The notes beneath the pieces were generated by a model. That model did not search any database. It saw only the letters and a program-made list of their open reading frames with translations, and was not told the origin of the DNA. Position numbers and translations under genes: made by a program. Positions 17,467 to 24,503 of a stretch of DNA of 26,062 nt are shown here, one piece after another; position 1 is the first letter of the stretch, and each line of letters begins with the position of its first letter. This DNA comes from Acidobacteriota bacterium (lineage in GTDB: Bacteria > Acidobacteriota > JAAYUB01 > JAMOQF01). Location of the stretch: assembly GCA_027040585.1 (NCBI GenBank), contig JALULU010000263.1:1-26062 (forward strand). Reading direction: 5' to 3'.

Positions 17467-18499
17467 GATATATTTTTTGATCTTTGTTTTTTCATTTTCA
17501 TTTTTAATTGGGTCAGAGAAAAAATTAAAAGAGAGAATAGCTGTTGTTTCTATAAATGTTGTGGCAACAGATATGAATGGAAAACCTGTGGAAAATTTAA
17601 AATCCTCAGATTTTGAGATTTATGACAATGGTAAAAAGGTTCCAATACTTTTTTTTGAGAAAATATCCTCTCCAAGTAGTATAGTTTTGATGATAGATTC
17701 AAGTGGAAGTTCCTATAAGAGAATTTCAATTGTGAAAGATAGCAGTGTAAATTTTATTGATTCGATATCTCGGGAAAAGCCTCAGGATAAAGTAGCAGTT
17801 GTGAATTTTAATGAGAATATAAATCTCTTAGCAGATTTTAGTACTTCTGTGCTTATGAAAAAGGCTTTAATAGAGAATAAGATTTATGCAGGAGGTGCCA
17901 CAGCACTTTATGATGCAATATACCTTGTTAGTAAATCAATTTTAAATAAAATACCCGGTAGAAAGATAGTTGTTATTTATACAGATAGCATTGACAACGA
18001 AAGTATTTATCATTTTGAGGACGTATTTAAGGCGGCTATCTCCACTGATGCCACTTTTTATATAATAATTGTTGACAACAGGAAAGAAGCGTTAAAAGAT
18101 GCTGCAGAAGATCTCTATTCTTTGAGAAGAAAACACTATTATGAATATATGATGTATAAAAGGGGAATGAATCTTGACAATGGTATAAAATTATTCTGGA
18201 CAGAAGATATGAGAAATCAATTTGACCCTAAGGATGTTCTTGATTTTGTATATAAACTTTCTTTTACAAGACTTGCTAAACTTGCAGGTTATAGTGGTGG
18301 AGAAATATTTAAGGTTAAAAGTTATAGGCAAATTTCATCCATTTATAGCATAATTGCATCTTCAATTCCCTATCATTATACTATTGGATATAAGCCAGAA
18401 CTTAAAAATATCAAAATTGGGGAATTTAGAAATATAGAAGTAGTAGTAAAGCGAAAGGGAATTAAACTTAGATATAGAAAGGGTTATTTTGTGAAATAG
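17456..18499 (+). CDS. Secreted VWA domain protein, 'VWFA-related acidobacterial domain' type
   Basis: Start moved to ATG 17456 (signal peptide follows). VVATDMNGKPVENLKSSDFEIYDNG, MIDAS DSSGS, GGATALYDAI, YTDSID, LAGYSGG, YTIGYKP and C-terminal RYRKGYF. Confidence 0.88.
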   Translation: MKNKIYFLIFVFSFSFLIGSEKKLKERIAVVSINVVATDMNGKPVENLKSSDFEIYDNGKKVPILFFEKISSPSSIVLMIDSSGSSYKRISIVKDSSVNFIDSISREKPQDKVAVVNFNENINLLADFSTSVLMKKALIENKIYAGGATALYDAIYLVSKSILNKIPGRKIVVIYTDSIDNESIYHFEDVFKAAISTDATFYIIIVDNRKEALKDAAEDLYSLRRKHYYEYMMYKRGMNLDNGIKLFWTEDMRNQFDPKDVLDFVYKLSFTRLAKLAGYSGGEIFKVKSYRQISSIYSIIASSIPYHYTIGYKPELKNIKIGEFRNIEVVVKRKGIKLRYRKGYFVK

Positions 18500-18500
18500 G

Positions 18501-18575
18501 TGGTGGACAGGACCGGGTTTGAACCGGTGCCCTCCCGCGTGTGAGGCGGGCGTTCTCCCACTGAACTACCTGTCC
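18501..18575 (-). tRNA. tRNA-Val(CAC)
   Basis: Reverse complement reads GGACAGG TA GTTC AGTGGGA GAAC G CCCGC CTCACAC GCGGG AGGGC ACCGG TTCAAAC CCGGT CCTGTCC A CCA, a full cloverleaf. Confidence 0.95.
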
Positions 18576-18584
18576 AGGGATTTG

Positions 18585-18612
18585 ATTATAAGAAATAGAA
18601 ATTTAAAATCAA
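18585..18612 (-). promoter_or_regulatory. Putative sigma70 promoter of tRNA-Val(CAC)
   Basis: Minus strand TTGATT (18612-18607), 16 bp spacer, TATAAT (18590-18585), 9 nt upstream of the tRNA 5' end. Confidence 0.55.
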
Positions 18613-18621
18613 CATTAAATT

Positions 18622-20169
18622 TCATAAATATTTCTCTGGATTTTTCATATGGTCCTTTATCCTATAGTAAGTGTTTTTTATTATTGTGGCATCTTCTGAG
18701 ATTTTATCTCTTTTTTCAAATAAAAAATATGACATTATATATAGAGTAAAGAAAATGAAAAAATCTTTTATAAATGTAATTTTAGTGATTGAGTGAATTG
18801 TACTAAGATTATTTAAAATGTAAATTACTAATATTGGTATGGTATTAAAAATTAATATTTTTAAGATAGAAGCAGGGATTGGAATATATTTATATAGTTT
18901 TTTCACTTCAAGAGTGGTTATTATGGCAAAAAGAATGTAAGTTATCAAAATAGATATGGCAATACCAATTGCTTTAAAATAGTATATTAGGGCTATGGAA
19001 ATTAACATATTTGAAATCACTAAAAAAATTGTATTTAGTAGTTGCCAGGTTGATTTACCACTCATAATGACTATGCTGAGCGCTGGGCTTCCAATAAATG
19101 TAAAAATTGCACCAGAAGATAGTATACTTAGAAATATCCATGCAGGTAGAAATTTTATATTTATACAAAGTAGAGTCTCTTTTGAAAAAAATGTTAAAAA
19201 GAACATTGCAGGGGAGCCAAGTAAAAAAATCCATCTCACTATTAAATGATGGAACTTTTTTAATTCCTCAAATTCGTTGTTGTGAATAAAGTCTGAAATT
19301 CTTGGTTCAAAGGGGACTATAAAGCCATTTATAAAAATTAGGAAAATGAGGGAAATTTTATATCCCAGTGCAAAAAGACCAACTTTATAGTTTGTGTCAA
19401 AAATTCCAATGATTAGAGTGTTTATCCACATTAAAATATTGTAAAAAAGAGAGGGAATTAATATAAGAGGTAAACTAAAGGACAATATTTTTTTAATATT
19501 TATTTTTTCATAACCCACTTTTGGAAGTTTATTTTTTGTTTTCAGATAGATAAATAGGGCAATTATGGAGCAAATTACCATGGTTGAAGAAAAGGATATA
19601 ACTGCACCTGTTAATCTAAATCCCAGGGCAAAAAATAAAATAAATAATGATAATTTTAGGAGTGGCTCTAAAATATTTTTAACAAGTATTGAATAGCGTA
19701 TAATTTTTAAAGATACTGTGAAACTTAGAAGAATACCAGTTGTTAAGGTAAATGGAATTGAGAGAAATAGTAATTTTATAATCCAGCCATAATGACTACT
19801 CTTAAAAAAAGTTTTTGATATTTCTGCTGGAAAGGAAAATGAGAATAAAATAAAAATAGATGCAATGGTTACAGAAAAAATAATAGAAAATTTTATTAGA
19901 GAATAAAGCTTTCCTAAATTTCCTTCATTGTGAAAGTCACTTCCTTTTTTAACAATACCCTTTGTAAGTCCACCAAATGATATTATGGTTGCTATATGAG
20001 TTAGAGAAATTGCTATTGTATAAATTCCAAAGTTGGATATTCCAATCAAGATAGGTAGTAAAAGGTTATAAAGAAACCCTACACCTTTTTCTACAAGTTG
20101 CCCTATTATTGCTACTACAACACCTTTAGCTAATCCAGGTATATACTCATTTTCTACATTTTTTCCCAT
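18622..20169 (-). CDS. MOP superfamily oligosaccharide flippase (Wzx-like polysaccharide biosynthesis protein)
   Basis: About 14 hydrophobic segments. N-terminal LAKG...LLLPILIGISNFGIY, and KILSFSLPL and VGLFALGYKI patterns typical of Wzx/RfbX flippases. Confidence 0.8.
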   Translation of the reverse strand: MGKNVENEYIPGLAKGVVVAIIGQLVEKGVGFLYNLLLPILIGISNFGIYTIAISLTHIATIISFGGLTKGIVKKGSDFHNEGNLGKLYSLIKFSIIFSVTIASIFILFSFSFPAEISKTFFKSSHYGWIIKLLFLSIPFTLTTGILLSFTVSLKIIRYSILVKNILEPLLKLSLFILFFALGFRLTGAVISFSSTMVICSIIALFIYLKTKNKLPKVGYEKINIKKILSFSLPLILIPSLFYNILMWINTLIIGIFDTNYKVGLFALGYKISLIFLIFINGFIVPFEPRISDFIHNNEFEELKKFHHLIVRWIFLLGSPAMFFLTFFSKETLLCINIKFLPAWIFLSILSSGAIFTFIGSPALSIVIMSGKSTWQLLNTIFLVISNMLISIALIYYFKAIGIAISILITYILFAIITTLEVKKLYKYIPIPASILKILIFNTIPILVIYILNNLSTIHSITKITFIKDFFIFFTLYIMSYFLFEKRDKISEDATIIKNTYYRIKDHMKNPEKYL

Positions 20170-20177
20170 TTAGATTT

Positions 20178-21752
20178 TTATTTTTTCTTTTTTTTCTTAT
20201 TTTTTGATTTTTGCTTTTTTCTTGCCTTTTTCTGTTCTTTTCTTCTATTTTTTAATTTTTTTCTTTCCTCTTTAGACATTTCTCTAAAGGATTCTGTGGG
20301 GTCAAATTTTTTCCTAAATCCCCTTAAATTTGAAAGTAAATTTGAAAAAGTTGAAGAATCTCCATCTTCAAGTAATTTTTGCATTTGTTTTATTTGAGAC
20401 AGTTGTTTAAGTCCTGGAATTTTGCCAAAAAATCCGGACGCAGCGGCAAATTGATCCATCATCTTTTTCATAGACATAAACTGTGCCACAAGATTCCTTA
20501 TTTCACTTACTTTTCTACCACTTCCCCTTGCTATTCTTTGAGCTCTACTCTGGTTTATAAGTTGAGGCCTTGCCCTTTCAAGTGGCGTCATTGAATTAAT
20601 CATTGCTTCAATTTTTACAAGTTCATATTCATCAAAGGTAAAATCTTCTGGTATTGCATCGCTAAAACCTGGCATTTTTTCAACAAGTTCATCAAGGGAA
20701 CCCATTTTTCTTAACTGCTTAATCTGTTTTAGATAGTCTTCCATTGTAAATCCGCCTTTTAGCATCCGTTCAAGTTCCTCTTCAGCATCCTTTTCGTCCA
20801 CTGTTTCTTGAAAATCTTTTACCAGTCCAACTATGTCGCCAAATCCTAAAATTCTTGATGCATAACCTTCAGGTCTAAAGGGCTCAAATTTATCTAAGGT
20901 TTCTCCAATACCAACGAATTTTATTGGCTTACCTGTTACTTCTTTAACAGATAAAATTGCCCCTCCCCTTGTATCACCATCGAGTTTAGTCATTATAAAT
21001 CCGTCAACATCCAGTCTCTTATCAAAAGCCATTGACATGTTAACAGCATCCTGACCTATCATTGCATCACATACCAGATATATATTTTCTGGGGTTGTTT
21101 CCTTTTTTATTTTTTCAAGTTCTTTCATAAGTTTTTCATCGATGGCAAGTCTTCCAGCGGTATCAAATATAACCACATCAATATTTTTTTCTTTTGCAGT
21201 GTTTACTGCATATTTGCATATCTTGACAGGATCTTCATTCTCTTTACTAACAACTTCAACTCCAAGTTGACTTCCAATAACCTTTAACTGCTCAATAGCG
21301 GCAGGCCTATACACATCGGCAGCAACGAGTATTACACTCTTTCCATTCTTTAATAGCATATTTGCCATTTTTCCGGCAGTTGTTGTTTTACCTGATCCCT
21401 GAAGACCTACAAGCATTATTTTTGTGGGTTCATATTCGTTTATTTTAAGGGATGTGTCAACAGGACCAAGTAAATTTACGAGTTCATCTTCACATATTTT
21501 TATAAATACATCCTCAGGTTTTATTTTTATCTTTTTATCTTTATGCTTTACCTTTACCTTTACAGTTTCTCCAATGGCTTTTTCCTTAACATCGTTAATG
21601 AATTTTTTTACAACATCTAAAGCAACGTCAGCCTCAAGTAATGATTTTCTGACGTCTTGCAATGCATCATCTATTACCTTTTCGTTTAATTCTTCAAGCC
21701 CCTTTAACTTATTCTTGATGTTTTTAAATCCTTTTGAGAGGGTATCAAACAT
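20178..21752 (-). CDS. ffh: Signal recognition particle protein Ffh/SRP54
   Basis: LLEADV, GLQGSGKTTT, ADVYRPAA, DTAGR, TKLDGDTRGG, SRILGFGD and M-domain INSMTPLER...SRAQRIARGSG. Confidence 0.96.
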   Translation of the reverse strand: MFDTLSKGFKNIKNKLKGLEELNEKVIDDALQDVRKSLLEADVALDVVKKFINDVKEKAIGETVKVKVKHKDKKIKIKPEDVFIKICEDELVNLLGPVDTSLKINEYEPTKIMLVGLQGSGKTTTAGKMANMLLKNGKSVILVAADVYRPAAIEQLKVIGSQLGVEVVSKENEDPVKICKYAVNTAKEKNIDVVIFDTAGRLAIDEKLMKELEKIKKETTPENIYLVCDAMIGQDAVNMSMAFDKRLDVDGFIMTKLDGDTRGGAILSVKEVTGKPIKFVGIGETLDKFEPFRPEGYASRILGFGDIVGLVKDFQETVDEKDAEEELERMLKGGFTMEDYLKQIKQLRKMGSLDELVEKMPGFSDAIPEDFTFDEYELVKIEAMINSMTPLERARPQLINQSRAQRIARGSGRKVSEIRNLVAQFMSMKKMMDQFAAASGFFGKIPGLKQLSQIKQMQKLLEDGDSSTFSNLLSNLRGFRKKFDPTESFREMSKEERKKLKNRRKEQKKARKKQKSKNKKKKKK

Positions 21753-21854
21753 GTTTAAATTTCTCCTTTAATTCTTTAAATTTGTGTTTAAATAAATTAA
21801 AATTGTATAATATTTTGTTGATATTTAAAAGGAAATTGAATTTGAGAGGTTTTA

Positions 21855-22679
21855 ATGTTTATTGATTTTGTTGTGTTCCTTTTTGGTCTTATTATTGGGA
21901 GTTTTCTAAATGTCTGTATTTACAGGATTCCCATTGGTAAATCTATAGTTTTTCCTGGGTCACATTGTCCTAAATGTGGCAACAAAATTGCCTTTTATGA
22001 TAACATTCCTCTTTTAAGTTTTATTATTTTAAGGGGAAAATGTAGAAAGTGTGGTGAGAGAATTTCCTTTAGATACCCACTTGTGGAACTTTTAAATGGA
22101 ATTTTATTCCTTATTTTATATAGAGAGTTTTTTTTATCTCCAACTTTTTTTCTTTTTTTGGTTATAAGTGATATTTTATTGGTGCTTGGATTTATAGACC
22201 TTGATCATAGGATTTTACCCCATCCTCTAAATTTTGGTGGGCTTTTTATTTCACTTTTATTTGCTCCATACAATGTTTTAATTTATTCTCAGAGAGTATT
22301 TGGTTATAAGGTCTTGAGCCTTTTTGGGATTTCCACGAAATCAATATATCCTTCAATATATGTTACTTCTTTTTTTGGATGTTTGATGGGTTCTTTTCTT
22401 TTTATAATTGTTGCACTGTTTTTTTATCTTGTAAAAAAAATTGAAGGGTTGGGACATGGAGACATAATCCTTATAGGTTTTATCGGTGCTTTAGTTGGAC
22501 CTGCACTTGTCTTTTATGTTATTTCCTTTGGTGGGATTATTGGGGCATTAGTTGGAATATACCTTATTGTTTTTAAGAAGAAAGACAAAATGTATGAACT
22601 TCCATTTGGAACATTTCTAAGTGGTGCTGCTATTTTTTTTATTTTAATAGGTATGAGGATTGTCGTTAGATATATATAG
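21855..22679 (+). CDS. pilD: Type IV prepilin peptidase/N-methyltransferase (A24)
   Basis: GSFLNVCIYRIP, two CxxC zinc motifs (HCPKC, KCRKC), catalytic Asp residues in FIDLDHRILP and GLGHGD, and PFGTFL. Confidence 0.93.
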   Translation: MFIDFVVFLFGLIIGSFLNVCIYRIPIGKSIVFPGSHCPKCGNKIAFYDNIPLLSFIILRGKCRKCGERISFRYPLVELLNGILFLILYREFFLSPTFFLFLVISDILLVLGFIDLDHRILPHPLNFGGLFISLLFAPYNVLIYSQRVFGYKVLSLFGISTKSIYPSIYVTSFFGCLMGSFLFIIVALFFYLVKKIEGLGHGDIILIGFIGALVGPALVFYVISFGGIIGALVGIYLIVFKKKDKMYELPFGTFLSGAAIFFILIGMRIVVRYI

Positions 22680-22688
22680 TTAGAAGAT

Positions 22689-24503
22689 ATGTTTAAAAAA
22701 TATAAATTTCAATCTTATGTTGTAGCTATAGTAGTGTCTATTTCTGTTATTTCAATTGCTTTGATGAATATACTCCTTTCAGCGGAAAACAAAAAATTAA
22801 AAAATGAAATAGTGATGAATAGAAGTTCAGTTATACTGGAGAAAATTAATGTAAAGTTAAATAATGTAATTGATAAGTTAGATAAGGGGAAAATCACCAC
22901 AAAGGAACTTGATAAAATCTCCGCTAATGAAAGATTGTTTCTGATTAAAATTTACAATTCAAAGAAAAAGCTTGTATATAAAGTATCTTATTTTCCCCTC
23001 CCAAAAAAATTTATAGACAAACTTGATCCTGAAAAGACAAGTGGTGAATTGCCACCCAGAGGAGATTTTTTCTTTTATAGATATTCAATGTATTTAAGTA
23101 GATATATTGAAACCCTTGTCTGTTTTTACCCAATTTTTGACTCATATGGAAGGGTAAGGTATTATATTTACTATGTTGTTCCTACCCCCTTTAAATTTCC
23201 TTCAGATACACTAACACAGCTAATAACAATTTCGCAAATAGTATTTGTATTATCAATTATTGCCATCTTAGCTTATTTTCTTAAGAGGTTAATATCTCCT
23301 TATGAGGATATAATTAAAGAGGTAAAAGTTTCTAAAGTTGTTCCCTCAAATATAAATAAAGACCAAAATGAGGTTGACTTTGTTATTTCAGCCTTTAAGG
23401 AAATTATTTCAAAGTTAAAGGAAAAGGAAAAGGAACTAAAAAAATTACATGAAGTTGAGAAAAGAAGAGCTGATTCAATGGAGAAATTTTTTAAAGATTT
23501 TATTGAGGGAATAGATACAGGAATTTTTACATTTGATAAAAAAGGGGTCTTTAGAGACTCCAATTCAAAGGGCTTTGAAATTTTTAAAAAGCAGAAAATC
23601 TTTTTTAAAAATAGAAATTTTAGTGAAATTTTTGAAGGTATGTATGAAGTGGTTGAGACCTTTAAAAAGGTTTATGAAACAAAAAAACAGGGGCTTATAG
23701 AATCTGTTAAAATTAATGGAAAATTCTGGAGAATAACCATTTTACCCTATTTTACGCCTAACGGGCAGTTTGAAGGAACTGTATCTATTTTTGAAGATGT
23801 TACTGAGTTAAATAGATTAAAAGAAAGATTAACTGCAGAAAAACAACTTTCCAGAATAGGAGAAATGTCTGCTGGTATCGCCCATGAATTTAAAAACGCT
23901 CTCTCCACAATTTCAGGATATTTGCAGATGATGAAAGGGGATGAAGAAAAAATTATTGATGAGAAGAGATATATTTATTTGATGAACGAAGTGGAGAATT
24001 TAAACAAAATAGTTGTAGATTTTCTAAGTTTTGCAAGGCCTCTTGAAATTTCAAAAGAAAAATTCAATGTATGTGATGTTGTGGAGGAACTCCTTGATAG
24101 GAAAGAGGCTATTTTAAAGGATTTTAAAGTTATTTTTTCTAAAGAAAGTTGCTTTGAAATAGAAGGAGACAGGTATTTATTTCTAAAGGCGCTTGAAAAC
24201 ATACTGCAAAATAGTGTTGATTCTTTTGAACAAGCAAAAGGTGATATGGAGAAGAAAATTGAAATCAAAGTTTATGGCAAGGAGGAAAAGATAATAGAAA
24301 TTAGAGATAATGGAATTGGAATAGAAACGGACGATCTTGAAAAAATTTTTACTCCTTTCTTCACCACAAAATCTTCAGGCGTAGGGTTGGGACTTTCATT
24401 GGTTCAGAAAATTATAATTCTCCATAGAGGAAATATTGAAATCAGTTCTGAAAAGGGTAAAGGTACCACAGTAAAGATAATTTTTTATTTTGAGGAAAGT
24501 TAA
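22689..24503 (+). CDS. Membrane-bound PAS-domain sensor histidine kinase (NtrB/PilS-like)
   Basis: Two TM helices around a periplasmic domain, HAMP/coiled coil and PAS-like region. H-box GIAHEFKNAL, N-box NILQNS, DNGIG, FTPFFTTK and GVGLGL. Confidence 0.92.
   Translation: MFKKYKFQSYVVAIVVSISVISIALMNILLSAENKKLKNEIVMNRSSVILEKINVKLNNVIDKLDKGKITTKELDKISANERLFLIKIYNSKKKLVYKVSYFPLPKKFIDKLDPEKTSGELPPRGDFFFYRYSMYLSRYIETLVCFYPIFDSYGRVRYYIYYVVPTPFKFPSDTLTQLITISQIVFVLSIIAILAYFLKRLISPYEDIIKEVKVSKVVPSNINKDQNEVDFVISAFKEIISKLKEKEKELKKLHEVEKRRADSMEKFFKDFIEGIDTGIFTFDKKGVFRDSNSKGFEIFKKQKIFFKNRNFSEIFEGMYEVVETFKKVYETKKQGLIESVKINGKFWRITILPYFTPNGQFEGTVSIFEDVTELNRLKERLTAEKQLSRIGEMSAGIAHEFKNALSTISGYLQMMKGDEEKIIDEKRYIYLMNEVENLNKIVVDFLSFARPLEISKEKFNVCDVVEELLDRKEAILKDFKVIFSKESCFEIEGDRYLFLKALENILQNSVDSFEQAKGDMEKKIEIKVYGKEEKIIEIRDNGIGIETDDLEKIFTPFFTTKSSGVGLGLSLVQKIIILHRGNIEISSEKGKGTTVKIIFYFEES

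Noticed and set aside
10393-18621. tRNA 3' ends as integration sites bounding a genomic island
   Set aside because: No integrase and no duplicated tRNA 3' fragment were seen, and the enclosed genes include core smpB and pepA.
18519-18749. 76-aa plus-strand ORF
   Set aside because: It is antisense to tRNA-Val(CAC) and the flippase 3' end.
20178-20260. A-rich runs at the ffh 3' end as a frameshift or phase-variation site
   Set aside because: They are explained by Lys codons, and the frame ends normally 8 bp before the next gene.
20960-20990. DTRGG instead of DARGG in Ffh
   Set aside because: This variant is known in ordinary Ffh proteins, for example in Firmicutes.
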